Shown here: piece after piece, positions 29,423 to 39,933 of the stretch | Position numbering within the stretch: the stretch's first letter is position 1 | Layout: every line of letters begins with the position of its first letter | Assembly (NCBI GenBank): GCA_963662285.2 | Contig: CAXXMV010000008.1 | Span: 288,001-352,000 of the forward strand | Direction: 5' to 3' | Source of the DNA: a bacterium | Lineage (GTDB): Bacteria > Hinthialibacterota > Hinthialibacteria > Hinthialibacterales > Hinthialibacteraceae | Length of the DNA: 64,000 nucleotides | Translations under genes and position numbers: made by a program | The notes under the pieces: model-generated | The model's database searches: none | Told to the model about the DNA's origin: nothing | What the model saw: only the letters and a program-made list of their open reading frames with translations

Positions 29423-30859
29423 TTATTTTTTCTTCAATAAATCACGTAACTGGCGCAAACCAAACACAAAATAATTCTTCAACACTTTAGGCGAAGGATT
29501 ATTGATGATGGTTCGCAGAATATAACCGGGGCGAAAATAAAATTCGCGCAATGCTTCTCTACGTAGAGGCTTCAATTCTTCCAATGATAGATACTTGGTT
29601 GGAATAGCTGGTTGGTTATACCCGGCATCGGGCAATACCCCATCTTCGAGCAGACCTTCTTCAACTGCAATGCGGTAAAACTCAGTTCCATAAAATGGAT
29701 AGGTGTAAAAGAACTCGATAAAATCAGGGTCTAAGCGCTTGGCAATGGCTTTGGTTTTTGCAAAAGTCGCCCGGCTTTCCCAGGGTAATCCGATTAATAA
29801 ATATACGCTGCTCTTGATCCCGCTTTGACGACATTTGCAGATAGCGGGTTCAATATTTTCATATTTAACCTGTTTACGCATCAATTCCAGCATTTTGGGA
29901 TCGCCATGCTCAACGCCGAAAGCGATTAACCAACAGCCCGCCTTTTTCATTTCGCAGAGCATCTCTTCGCTCAACGTATCCACCCGGCTGTTACAGGACC
30001 ACTTAATTTTCAAACCTGCATCCTGAATCGCTTTACATAAAGCAATAACCCATTTCTTGTTAGCGGTGAATAAATCTGAGCGGAACAGAAAATCATGAAT
30101 ATCATGCAGTTCAATGCACTCTTTCAACTCGGCCACCACATTCTCAGGAGAGCGGTTGCGCACTGATTTTCCAGCCACTGGTTGGGCCAGACAATAGATG
30201 CATGAATAAGGGCATCCCCGACTGGTGACGATAGTAGTCTGCAACTCACCAGTATCGGGACGACAGTAAATGGCATTATCAATCAAATTGCGTGCGGGAA
30301 AGGCAATCGAATCTATATTCAGGATAAATTCACGGTTGGGGTTCCGCTTTACTCCATCATCACTCTGATAAGTTATACCATCTATTTCATTCCACTTAGC
30401 GCCAGAAGCCAGTTCCTTGACTGTCTCTTCATATTCCCCCCTCATTACCAAATCCAGAGCAGCGTTTTGTTCCAGGGTTTGTTGGTCAAGATGAAGAAAA
30501 TGCGCCCCTTTGCTGATGGTAATGATTTCTGGATCAATGCTCTTGGCTATAACAGCAGCTTTAAGGTCTTGATTAAGGGTTGGCGTTGTTATAGATAAAA
30601 TCAGCGCATCCGGCTTATAATCCTTAACTAAATTCTCAAAATCATCCCAGGTCGCATCATCAGCAGGGCAATCAAAGATTTTACATTGCACGCCTATTGC
30701 TCCAAGGGCGCCGCCGATATATAGCAAATCCATCGGGGGACGCAGAACAACCGTATGCAATTCATCGATAGGCGTTTGACAACGTTCTTCACGGATATAT
30801 TTACCAGTGGGTGGTACCACCAACAAAGCTTTTTTCCACTTTCTCTCTAATTCAGGCAT
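29423..30859 (-). CDS. B12-binding-domain radical SAM protein
   Basis: RPPMDLLY, GAHF, RGEYE, SRGCPYSCIYC, FGVEHG, LIGLPWE. Confidence 0.9.
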   Translation of the reverse strand: MPELERKWKKALLVVPPTGKYIREERCQTPIDELHTVVLRPPMDLLYIGGALGAIGVQCKIFDCPADDATWDDFENLVKDYKPDALILSITTPTLNQDLKAAVIAKSIDPEIITISKGAHFLHLDQQTLEQNAALDLVMRGEYEETVKELASGAKWNEIDGITYQSDDGVKRNPNREFILNIDSIAFPARNLIDNAIYCRPDTGELQTTIVTSRGCPYSCIYCLAQPVAGKSVRNRSPENVVAELKECIELHDIHDFLFRSDLFTANKKWVIALCKAIQDAGLKIKWSCNSRVDTLSEEMLCEMKKAGCWLIAFGVEHGDPKMLELMRKQVKYENIEPAICKCRQSGIKSSVYLLIGLPWESRATFAKTKAIAKRLDPDFIEFFYTYPFYGTEFYRIAVEEGLLEDGVLPDAGYNQPAIPTKYLSLEELKPLRREALREFYFRPGYILRTIINNPSPKVLKNYFVFGLRQLRDLLKKK

Positions 30860-30890
30860 TTATCAAATATCTCGAATCTCATTAATTTGT

Positions 30891-32303
30891 TTAGTCTATA
30901 ATCCGATAATCATTGAATTGGTCAGTTGATTCATACCAGGCGTCGCAATTATCGTTATTCAAAATATGCTCTCCCGCCAAAAGCCCCATCTGGATAGATT
31001 GATCCAGGTTATTATGACGGAACAGCCCTTCACGTCCGGTGGATAAACAATTGCGGAAAGAAGCTAAGTAATTTAGCGTGTTACGCAGATGAGTTTCATA
31101 GCCAATTTTATATAAAGGATATCCCTCTTTGATGCGCAGCACCATCGAATCAACCGAAGAGCTTTTCACCAAACCAGAGTCAACCAACACATCATCAGCA
31201 ATTCTCGCCAGTTCTCCAGCCGACTCATGCCACTCTTTCGAATCAACTTCACAGGGAAATTCTACGCACAAAAATGACTTGCCCGCCTGTCTTCGGTGAG
31301 GAGCAAAATTATCCGGCGCATAAATACGCGAAAATGGGATATGCTCCTCAGGGAAATAAAGCCAGGTATCATCAAACCCGACCTCTTCATCATATTGCAG
31401 GTAAAGCAAAGTCAACGCCCGGAATTTCAGTGCTGAAACCTGGTCAATCACATCCACTGAGGGCTGAGGATTCATCATGGCGGTTAAATCCTGTAATGGC
31501 ATCGTATTGACCAACATGTCGCATGGCAATTTTACAATACCTCGCGGTCCATCAGCGCTTATTTCAACTACCTCATCATTTTCTATTTTAACTTGGACGG
31601 CATTATGCCGAACCAGGATATCTCCGCCCATTTTCATCACTTCCTGAGCAAACTGCTGAGGGATATCTCCAATGCCTCCAGGAGGATAGAGAAACTGAGA
31701 CACATAAGTTTCACCGCTGGAAAACAGATTATCCTTCAGTGCATGCCATATACTCTCTCCCCGCAACCTGACCCGCGCCGTCTCTGCGGTAATCTGCTCA
31801 GCGGGTATTCCCCAAACCTTCTCGGCGAAAGGCTTGAATAATATCTGGTACAAGCGCTCGCCATAATACCCTTTCACATAATCTTCGTATGACCGGGGAT
31901 TTGACGACCGATTAAATAACACAGACAGCGCCGATAAGGCGAAACTGATGGTCCTACTCAATCCCAAGGCGCGGAATGTCGGTAACATACTGATAGGATA
32001 AGGAATATAACTACCATTCAGATACATCCGGCTGGAGCGTTTTACCAAACTCATTCGCTCTTCGCAGAAAGTCCGGACGAACTCCTTTATTTCAGGAATC
32101 TCGGTATGAAACCGATGCGGCCCCAGGTCTAAGGGGCATCCTTTCCACGACACGGATTTCGCCAAGCCGCCGGGGATCGGGTCGCGTTCAATCAGCGTAA
32201 CTTTATATTCAGGATTGCAACGAAGAATTTTCCACGCCGTCGCCAGACCAGCAATGCCTGCGCCAAGAATTACAATACGTTTTCCGTTTTTATTCATGGT
32301 CAT
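30891..32303 (-). CDS. FAD-dependent oxidoreductase (UDP-galactopyranose mutase/HemY-like)
   Basis: ILGAGIAGL, GGLAKS, DLGPHRF, FLYPPGG, GREGLFRHNNLDQS. Confidence 0.8.
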   Translation of the reverse strand: MTMNKNGKRIVILGAGIAGLATAWKILRCNPEYKVTLIERDPIPGGLAKSVSWKGCPLDLGPHRFHTEIPEIKEFVRTFCEERMSLVKRSSRMYLNGSYIPYPISMLPTFRALGLSRTISFALSALSVLFNRSSNPRSYEDYVKGYYGERLYQILFKPFAEKVWGIPAEQITAETARVRLRGESIWHALKDNLFSSGETYVSQFLYPPGGIGDIPQQFAQEVMKMGGDILVRHNAVQVKIENDEVVEISADGPRGIVKLPCDMLVNTMPLQDLTAMMNPQPSVDVIDQVSALKFRALTLLYLQYDEEVGFDDTWLYFPEEHIPFSRIYAPDNFAPHRRQAGKSFLCVEFPCEVDSKEWHESAGELARIADDVLVDSGLVKSSSVDSMVLRIKEGYPLYKIGYETHLRNTLNYLASFRNCLSTGREGLFRHNNLDQSIQMGLLAGEHILNNDNCDAWYESTDQFNDYRIID

Positions 32304-32331
32304 TATTATTTAGAGATTATTCAAAGATATA

Positions 32332-33099
32332 TTATTTGTGGTCTATTGATATCACTTCGGGAGTAGCTTTCTTGGTGCTCCAGAAAAACCGGACTCGCAT
32401 CAGAGTCCAGATCGCTATAACAAAATCCCACCAGCCGATTTTTTTGCCTTCAGCGAAAGATCGGGCTTTGAATGTAACGGGGACTTCCAAAATAGAATAT
32501 CCCAATTTCATCACTTTGCTGGTCACTTCAGGACAAAATTCAAATCCATGACATTCCAAAGGAATACGGTCTATCACTGATCTACGGAACGCTTTATACG
32601 CGGTTGCTTCATCGGTAATTTTTTGACCATAAAGCAAGGAGACCGCTTTAGCCAGAATCCAATTGCCCACTCTGTTAGCCAAACGCATATCTTCCACCGA
32701 TCCCATAAAACGCGACCCGAAACAGACCTGGGTCTTCCCATCCACAATGGGTTGAATCACTTGGATAATCTCGGTCGGTTCATATTCCAGATCAGCGTCC
32801 TGCACAATGACGATATCGCCGCTAACCCGCCGCAGCCCGGTTCTGATAGCCGCGCCCTTACCCAGGTTCCTGTCATGGATCAAGACAATTGTATCTGGTT
32901 GTTCCATCTCTAATTCCAGAATAGCCTGAGTAGTATCAGTCGAACAATCGTTAACCAGAATTATCTCTCTATTCGCCCACTCAATCGAACGCACTTTGCG
33001 CAGTACTTCTTCAAGAGATTCTTCTTCGTTGTATATGGGAATTATGATGGAGAGTTTCAGCGATTTACCACCCACTGCACCGGTACTTTTTTCAGACAT
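32332..33099 (-). CDS. GT2 polyprenol-phosphate glycosyltransferase-like
   Basis: SIIIPIYNE, VNDCSTD, NLGKGAA, QDADLEY, GKKIGW. Confidence 0.9.
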   Translation of the reverse strand: MSEKSTGAVGGKSLKLSIIIPIYNEEESLEEVLRKVRSIEWANREIILVNDCSTDTTQAILELEMEQPDTIVLIHDRNLGKGAAIRTGLRRVSGDIVIVQDADLEYEPTEIIQVIQPIVDGKTQVCFGSRFMGSVEDMRLANRVGNWILAKAVSLLYGQKITDEATAYKAFRRSVIDRIPLECHGFEFCPEVTSKVMKLGYSILEVPVTFKARSFAEGKKIGWWDFVIAIWTLMRVRFFWSTKKATPEVISIDHK

Positions 33100-33117
33100 A
33101 ATCTATTTTTTTCCAAA

Positions 33118-33160
33118 AACCCCTCTCCCCCAAGTTTGGGGGAGAATTCAAGAGGGGGTT
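33118..33160. repeat. GC-rich intergenic palindrome
   Basis: AACCCCTCTCCCCCAAGTTTGGGGGAGAATTCAAGAGGGGGTT nested hairpin. Confidence 0.5.
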
Positions 33161-33277
33161 GCTTTCACAAACCTTATAATATCCAATCTAATTCATTTAA
33201 CACTGAATTTCATTTCGGCTGATATTACAACCAAATCCCATGAATCCAACATCAAGAAGAGTAATTTAGACAATATT

Positions 33278-34636
33278 TTACAGTGGTTTCTTCAAAACCA
33301 GATACCCAATGCTTGATGGAGAAAGATTGTCAACCTTTTTTACTTTACGGTAAAAGAGGATAGATAACCAAGGCTGAACATGGCGCAGCATTGCAGAAAT
33401 AAGAGGATAAGAAGGCGATAACCATCTTCTCAAAGGCAACACGCCATCATCATAAAAACCTGATTGAATAAATTCCCACGGGGCGGACTGACCTAAACGT
33501 CTTATCATATCCTGTGGAGAATAATTCCTGCAATATACCTCATTCCACTCCTGGCGCCCCATGGCTTCAACATCTTGGCCGCTTTGGAAACCTATGGAAT
33601 ATGGCGTCTCCAGCCAGCCGTCACTAGAATTATGACTGGTTTCGACCGTAACCACCACCAATCCACCAGGTCGGATAACCCGGAATAACTCCTGCATACA
33701 ATGTATATCGCCATCTTCCGGGATATGCTCCAACATGCAAAGCACTGAAGCGCCGTCGATAACAGATTCAGCCAAAGGTAGTTGCGTCCCATCTCCAACA
33801 GCATAGTTTATATTGATAGACTTTTCGTCATCTTTTACTTTGTTTTCAACCTTTTGCAAATGAGAAAAACCATAAGTCGATCCATCCAGCGCAATGCTCA
33901 TAGCGCCATACATACTCCAGAAAAGAGAGGCGGTATTAAAACCGGCGCCTATATCAATTATAGTAGATTGTGGATCATTGATAGGCAGCCAGCGCGAAGC
34001 AAGCATTATCTCTCGCGTCTTGTGGTAGGCTAATCCATCACGCACATAGAATGAATCATATTGTTTACAGAAACACAATAAATCACTTAATTTATGAGAC
34101 TTATCCCAACTACCCTCAAAAACTGCTTTATCAAAAAACCTTTCATATATAACGATCAGACCATACGATATTCGTTCCTCAATCCAATTTATACTACGGA
34201 TCAAACAAAGTCCCGGTTTGGTTTTAACGGGGACATTGAGCAGTTGCTTAAACAATCTAAAACAATCATGCAGATAAGTTTTAAGCAGCCGTTTATGCAT
34301 TCCCTGCGCCGCATAACCCTTTGCTATAGCGGTTCTTAACCATTTCCGCTCAGAGGCTGAATCATGATGCTTGGCGTATTGCTCAGCCAGAATTTGACAT
34401 ACTCCCTGATCAGGTTCGATTAACTGACTACGTCGCTCCAGAACCGCAATGGCTTTCCCTGCCCTGCCCCGTTCAGCGTAATGATGCCCCAAATGCGCCA
34501 TCAAATCAGTTGAACCTGGATGCAACTCAAGCCCTTCTTCCAAAACTCGCCCTACTGCTTCAGTCTTATCTTGCTCAGCCAAAGTTTGGGCTTCTTGGAG
34601 AATATGTGGAATATTTTTGATTGAGGAATTTTGCAT
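33278..34636 (-). CDS. TPR-like N-terminus fused to a class I SAM methyltransferase
   Basis: Helical N-terminus (AHLGHHYAERGRAGKAIAVLE); IIDIGAG, GDGTQLPL, LEHIP, RVIRPGG. Confidence 0.8.
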   Translation of the reverse strand: MQNSSIKNIPHILQEAQTLAEQDKTEAVGRVLEEGLELHPGSTDLMAHLGHHYAERGRAGKAIAVLERRSQLIEPDQGVCQILAEQYAKHHDSASERKWLRTAIAKGYAAQGMHKRLLKTYLHDCFRLFKQLLNVPVKTKPGLCLIRSINWIEERISYGLIVIYERFFDKAVFEGSWDKSHKLSDLLCFCKQYDSFYVRDGLAYHKTREIMLASRWLPINDPQSTIIDIGAGFNTASLFWSMYGAMSIALDGSTYGFSHLQKVENKVKDDEKSININYAVGDGTQLPLAESVIDGASVLCMLEHIPEDGDIHCMQELFRVIRPGGLVVVTVETSHNSSDGWLETPYSIGFQSGQDVEAMGRQEWNEVYCRNYSPQDMIRRLGQSAPWEFIQSGFYDDGVLPLRRWLSPSYPLISAMLRHVQPWLSILFYRKVKKVDNLSPSSIGYLVLKKPL

Positions 34637-34676
34637 ATATAATGACGATTCTATTAATCAAAGGTAAAAAAAATAT

Positions 34677-34834
34677 GGGTGGCAAGGGCAGTGTATTTTC
34701 TGCCCTTGATTAAGTCTCCTCTTATTTCCAGAATCCCCCATTAAGCAATATGTACGGAAGACAGAATTATAAGATTGATTTCTTTTACGAATGGTTGTCC
34801 GTCAAGAGGAGAAAGAACACTCCCCTTGCCACCC
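34677..34834. repeat. 158-bp element bounded by inverted palindromic arms
   Basis: GGGTGGCAAGGGCAGTGTATTTTCTGCCCTTGA ... TCAAGAGGAGAAAGAACACTCCCCTTGCCACCC. Confidence 0.7.
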
Positions 34835-34845
34835 GCCAAACATAA

Positions 34846-35910
34846 CTATAAAAAAATATCTTGCAGCGCAGTTTGATTATCATCAATCCACTTATAGATA
34901 TCGTTAAATATAATTTCCGGTGATGTAGTGGGTTTCCATCCGGTTGCTTGCGTTACTTTAGTATTATCAGTTATGTAGATGGGGATATCGGCATTCCGGG
35001 TTTCTTTGACTTTGTCTATAGAGATTGTATTTTTGGAAATTTCAGCGCAATACCCGGTTAACTCTTGCAAAGAGACGCTGATCTCTCTGCCGCCTCCCAC
35101 GTTATAAATCTCACCTGAGTGCTTATCCATCGAGTTCAATTGAATATCCAACAGGGTATAGAGATCATCAACATGCAGAATATCCCTAACCTGCTTGCCC
35201 TCTCCACCGAAACCGATATAAGACAGATTTTGCTTCCAGAAATGCCGGGTCATCCACAGCACAATCACTCCCTGATCGGCTTTACCGAATTGCCAAGGCC
35301 CGGTCAGTACTCCGCAGCGGTTTATCACGCCGCGCAGGTTATACATACTTATGTATTCTTGAATAATAAGTTCTGATGATAATTTGGTGGCGCCATACAG
35401 CGACCTGGCGCCATTCAATGGAAAATCTTCACTAACGCCTTTGCTGGAAGCGCCGGGAATCTCTTGATGATCCTCTAATTCAAATCGCGTTTCTGCTTCT
35501 CTTATATTGAGATTATTGATAGTGGAAACGGGATAGATGCGGCTGGTTGATAAAAATATGAAGTCCGCCTCGCGTTTCCTGGCCAACTCCAGGCAATTAA
35601 TGGTTCCCAGCAGGTTGGTATTAATCAGATATTCAGGAGATGAGTCGTATCCAGCTAATACAGACGGTTCAGCTGAGCATTCGAAAATCACGTCAATCTG
35701 ACCGATGCTTTCTAAGTCTTCTTTGTTGCGAATATCGCCATGCGCAAATTCAATGCTATTCTTTTTCAAACGCGATATATTTAATTCGCTTCCCCTGCGC
35801 TTGAGGTTATCTAGACAAATTATCTTTATATCTGAGTAATGCTTCTGCAATTGCAAAGCCAGAGATGATCCAACAAAACCACAACCACCAGTAATTAAAT
35901 ATGTTTTCAT
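34846..35910 (-). CDS. NAD-dependent epimerase (CDP-paratose 2-epimerase-like)
   Basis: ITGGCGFVGS, DNLKRRGS, YGATK, GPWQFGKADQG, GKQVRDILHVDDL. Confidence 0.88.
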   Translation of the reverse strand: MKTYLITGGCGFVGSSLALQLQKHYSDIKIICLDNLKRRGSELNISRLKKNSIEFAHGDIRNKEDLESIGQIDVIFECSAEPSVLAGYDSSPEYLINTNLLGTINCLELARKREADFIFLSTSRIYPVSTINNLNIREAETRFELEDHQEIPGASSKGVSEDFPLNGARSLYGATKLSSELIIQEYISMYNLRGVINRCGVLTGPWQFGKADQGVIVLWMTRHFWKQNLSYIGFGGEGKQVRDILHVDDLYTLLDIQLNSMDKHSGEIYNVGGGREISVSLQELTGYCAEISKNTISIDKVKETRNADIPIYITDNTKVTQATGWKPTTSPEIIFNDIYKWIDDNQTALQDIFL

Positions 35911-35990
35911 GCTTTTTAATCTCGTCTTTCAGACTATGTCCGCCGACTCATAATAATTGGATTCCAATCAAACCAGAAAAACCAGTCATA

Positions 35991-37928
35991 TTAATATAAT
36001 TGCCAATCAGACACAGGCATGGTTTCCAGAGATTGGATGGCATTATAGGCATCGACCAGACCAGCTCCGGAATAGCAATCCGGTCCTTCCAGTTCGATAT
36101 CAATAGCCGTCTGTTTCAGGGTTTCAAGTAGTTTATCCGGCGTAAGCGAGGGTTGCGCTTCGAGCATTAGAGCCGCGATAGCGGCAAGATTCGCCGCCGC
36201 TGCTGAGGTGCCTTTGAATGTCTCAAAACCAGCTACGCCGGTACTCGTTTCATCCGGCCCGGCAAGGTCGGGTTTTAGTATTAATTGAGGTTCATCAAGA
36301 CGAGTCAAGCCGTCATCAGAGAAAAATACCGGCAAAAAACCTCCTAAAGCGGAAAAAGATTGCACATTTAGAATATCTTCCGGTTCTAGAAATTCTCCAT
36401 TACGCTTGATTTCCTTAATCGGTATGGCAGCTACCGTTGTGACTCCAGGAGCAATCATGTGCCCCATAATGGTACGGTCATGTAGAAGATGTTTATCGTT
36501 TACCTGTTTGGCTTTATTGCCGTTATTGAAGATAGCATACAAATGAAGATTCCGGGGAACGCGCCCTTTTTGATGGTTTATAACTATATTGACGTCACGG
36601 TCGCTGCCTTGATTAAAAAAGACTATCACCTCAACCGGTTCTCCCGATGGATTATCTTCTTCACCTTGAAAATTGACGCTGGATGCCAGGATGTTGTTTT
36701 CGCTAAGCGGCAAAATTTCATCAGAGGTCAAGTATAAATCAAGATCAGACTCCGCGCCAATTCCTTCGGCGAATACGCCGCCATAAGGCTCATCCCAATG
36801 CAAGGTAATTGCAACAGAAGACAAGTGGGGCATATGAATAGATAAATGAGTATCTGATGATAATCCGCAAGCTTTGCCAAAATCGTGAAAATCATTACCG
36901 TTAGGCGGAAAACTATGATCATTAACAGAACTTACATCTGTAAATAACCGGTCATGTCCATTATCTCCGAAATTCCCCGCAGCAGTAAAATACGGCGCTC
37001 CATTAGCAACGGCTTCCATGGCCGCCAAAGCTATCGGACCATTTTGATAAATCGGTTCCTGCAAAAAATTAATGTCATCCACCAGGATATCACATTCATA
37101 TCCGGGATCATTCCATAATTTTCTGATATTATCAGCGAAGACGGAGTAATTATATCTAACTGCGGCGAAAGAAAAATCAGCGCCGGGCGCGAGGTCATGA
37201 ATCAATTCCATCATGGCGGCGCCTTCATCATCACCAAAACCATCGCCCTCATCAATAATCTTGATATTTACGGGTAAATCCAGTTTCATTTGTGATGAAG
37301 TTCCCAACAGGAAACCGTTAAACATTCGGCCCGTTTTCGACCGATCAGCAATACTATCGCTGAGGACGCCAATCCTGATTCCTTCACCACTCAAGTTAAA
37401 TATAGAACGCGCTTGAGCGGCGTTAATCGACGTATCCGCTTCATTTTCAATCGAACCGGCAAAACTTACGGCATACGGCTCTGTGCTTATGCCGATTATA
37501 TCTGACCTTTGAACAATTTCCTCAAATTGATAAGGGTCATAACACCGGACAACCAGTTGATGTAGATTACCGAATGAATATTCACCGACTATATCTAAGT
37601 CTGCGTTGGTGCAATCGTTAATAAGATCAGGAGAAATACTCCTGGCGCCGATAATGCATTGCAATAAACCATCTCTAATAGCGTGAGAAGCATAGCGAAT
37701 AAAAGCATTCTCGACAGTCTCATTACTATTTAGAGCATGCCTGATTTTTAATAAATCACTACTGAGTTTAGTTAAATTTCGATTACCATCGCAAAGAGAA
37801 TCAATTTTCGGATTAATTTTCGAATCAATAGATGCAAAAACTAAAGCATTCTCAAGAAGCAATCCTATTAACAATAGAATCAGAAATGACGCATATTTCA
37901 TTATAAATGCCTCAAAAATCATAAACAA
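35991..37928 (-). CDS. Secreted S8-like serine peptidase
   Basis: IRIGVLSDS, DEGAAMMELIHDLAPGA, AAGN, KPDLAGPD, FKGTSAAA, GAGLVDA; true start may be the downstream Met (MKYAS). Confidence 0.85.
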   Translation of the reverse strand: MFMIFEAFIMKYASFLILLLIGLLLENALVFASIDSKINPKIDSLCDGNRNLTKLSSDLLKIRHALNSNETVENAFIRYASHAIRDGLLQCIIGARSISPDLINDCTNADLDIVGEYSFGNLHQLVVRCYDPYQFEEIVQRSDIIGISTEPYAVSFAGSIENEADTSINAAQARSIFNLSGEGIRIGVLSDSIADRSKTGRMFNGFLLGTSSQMKLDLPVNIKIIDEGDGFGDDEGAAMMELIHDLAPGADFSFAAVRYNYSVFADNIRKLWNDPGYECDILVDDINFLQEPIYQNGPIALAAMEAVANGAPYFTAAGNFGDNGHDRLFTDVSSVNDHSFPPNGNDFHDFGKACGLSSDTHLSIHMPHLSSVAITLHWDEPYGGVFAEGIGAESDLDLYLTSDEILPLSENNILASSVNFQGEEDNPSGEPVEVIVFFNQGSDRDVNIVINHQKGRVPRNLHLYAIFNNGNKAKQVNDKHLLHDRTIMGHMIAPGVTTVAAIPIKEIKRNGEFLEPEDILNVQSFSALGGFLPVFFSDDGLTRLDEPQLILKPDLAGPDETSTGVAGFETFKGTSAAAANLAAIAALMLEAQPSLTPDKLLETLKQTAIDIELEGPDCYSGAGLVDAYNAIQSLETMPVSDWQLY

Positions 37929-38290
37929 ATTGCCGGGTGATTAGGTGTTTACAGTGAATTCATCACCCAGTCAACCAGAATGAGCGCCGTCATAATTATA
38001 TTTTAAGCCTGTTTGACTATATCGCAAAAGACGACAAAAGACCAATTATTCGGAGTTAATGAATATAAAAACAATAACCATCAAGATGAAAAATAATATT
38101 ATGCATCCCTTATTATGCAAAAAAAAGTCAGGTAATATAATCCCGTTTGTAAAGTTATAGTGTAATAATTGTCTATTATAAAGGAAAACACTTTCTTCAG
38201 ACAACAATATCTTGTGTTTCAGTCTTAATTTGTTATATTATTCTTAATATATTTTGTCGCTTTTTATTAAACTGCTAACTGGAGCGTATT

Positions 38291-39103
38291 ATGGTCGAAT
38301 GGCGTATATATGGCTGCGGCTCTCCTTCATCATCTCTTTCTACTCAAAGCAGTTATGAAATTGCCGATGGAAAAAACCGTCTTCACATTGATCTTGGACC
38401 CGGTGGTATATATCACCGTTGTTTACGCGAAGGTTCCATCGAAGCCGCGATAAACTCCATCCAGAACATTCTTATCACCCACAGTCATCCAGACCATTAT
38501 TTCGACTTAGCCCGCCTTTATGTGGCTTGGATGTATACTCCGGGCTTCAAACCTCAAAACCGCGTTTCTCTTTACGCCACTTCTGAAACTATGCATGAGA
38601 TCAAAAAAGTAATGATCAATGCACGCCTGGAAGGTGGTTTTGAAAAAGCTTTCGATACTCATATTATTGATATTGATAAGCCGGTTCAAATAGATGATTT
38701 CACAGTCACTGCAAAAACATCGCATCATATAGAAGGTTCCAACGGCGTATGGGTGGAAACTCCATCAGGAAAAAATATCGGTTTCACTAGTGATACAGGA
38801 TTCAATGAAGACCTGTTTTCTATATGGAAAAACATTGATCTCTTAATCTCTGAATGCTGCTTCGTTGATCTGGAAACTCCTTACCATCTCCATTTAGGAC
38901 AAGTACAGGAAATGGCTGGTAAAATAAATCCTGAATGCCTTCTCATGGTTCATTTCTATCCAGATATGGAGAGATTGCCCGACAAGGATATTCTCAAGGC
39001 TATCTCACAAAAATATCACGGTACGACCTATATCGGACATGACGGACTGCTCGTTAAATGGGACGCTGCAAGCAAAACCTGGATTACAGATAAGATGTTC
39101 TAG
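38291..39103 (+). CDS. MBL-fold hydrolase, RNase Z-like
   Basis: GCGSP, IDLGPG, THSHPDH, FTSDTG, ECCF, HLHL, VHFYP. Confidence 0.8.
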   Translation: MVEWRIYGCGSPSSSLSTQSSYEIADGKNRLHIDLGPGGIYHRCLREGSIEAAINSIQNILITHSHPDHYFDLARLYVAWMYTPGFKPQNRVSLYATSETMHEIKKVMINARLEGGFEKAFDTHIIDIDKPVQIDDFTVTAKTSHHIEGSNGVWVETPSGKNIGFTSDTGFNEDLFSIWKNIDLLISECCFVDLETPYHLHLGQVQEMAGKINPECLLMVHFYPDMERLPDKDILKAISQKYHGTTYIGHDGLLVKWDAASKTWITDKMF

Positions 39104-39120
39104 GAATACTATCCCACTAA

Positions 39121-39918
39121 TCAACAATTCAGTTCACCCCTCAAAACAGTAACCGCCTGACCGCTAATCACAACCCGATCTCCATCTATCCTAACTCCAA
39201 CCACTCCACCACGCGCCGATGCTTGATAACCAGTAAGTTGATCTTTACCTAACTGTTCACACCAATATGGCGCCAGACAGCAATGTGCAGAACCCGTAAC
39301 CGGGTCCTCATTCACTCCAGCCAGTGGAGCGAAAAAGCGTGAAACAAAGTCATACTCTTCACTCTCTGATTTTGCAGTAACAATAAGACCACGCATTTCG
39401 ACTGAAGCAAGAAGGTTAAAATCTGGTTTTAAGGATCGCACTGCCTCTTCGCTATCAACCACAATCATATAATCCATCCGGTTCTTCAATATCTCAACTT
39501 TTTCTGCAGAGACGCCAAGCGCTTCAAGCAATACAGCAGGATATTCAACCGTTTCACCGGGTTCAGCAGGAAAATCCAGATTAATCCAATCGCCATTTTT
39601 GCTAGCAGTTAAAATACCGCTTCTGGTATGAAAACGAATTTCGTCAGAAACCGCCGCCTCTCTTAGTTCATACAAAACGTGGGCGCTGGCCAGCGTGGCA
39701 TGACCGCAAAGATCAACTTCAAAAGCGGGAGTAAACCAACGCAGGTTATACCCATCATCCACCTTGATCAGAAAGGCTGTCTCCGACAAATTCATTTCCC
39801 GGGCGATATTCTGCATCCATACATCATCCCGTGTTTCTTGCATGATGCAAACCGCCGCCGGATTACCTGAAAAAGGTTTATCTGTAAACGCGTCTACCTG
39901 TATGATTGATTGATTCAC
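39121..39918 (-). CDS. PhzF family isomerase
   Basis: VDAFTDKPFSGNPAAV, EMNLSETAF, EVDLCGHATLA, EDPVTGSAHC. Confidence 0.95.
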   Translation of the reverse strand: MNQSIIQVDAFTDKPFSGNPAAVCIMQETRDDVWMQNIAREMNLSETAFLIKVDDGYNLRWFTPAFEVDLCGHATLASAHVLYELREAAVSDEIRFHTRSGILTASKNGDWINLDFPAEPGETVEYPAVLLEALGVSAEKVEILKNRMDYMIVVDSEEAVRSLKPDFNLLASVEMRGLIVTAKSESEEYDFVSRFFAPLAGVNEDPVTGSAHCCLAPYWCEQLGKDQLTGYQASARGGVVGVRIDGDRVVISGQAVTVLRGELNC

Positions 39919-39933
39919 TATTCATCTTCTCCA

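Noticed and set aside
37930-38040. Hairpin upstream of the S8 peptidase as a riboswitch
   Set aside because: Only a GGGTGAT/ATCACCC stem; no known aptamer consensus recognised
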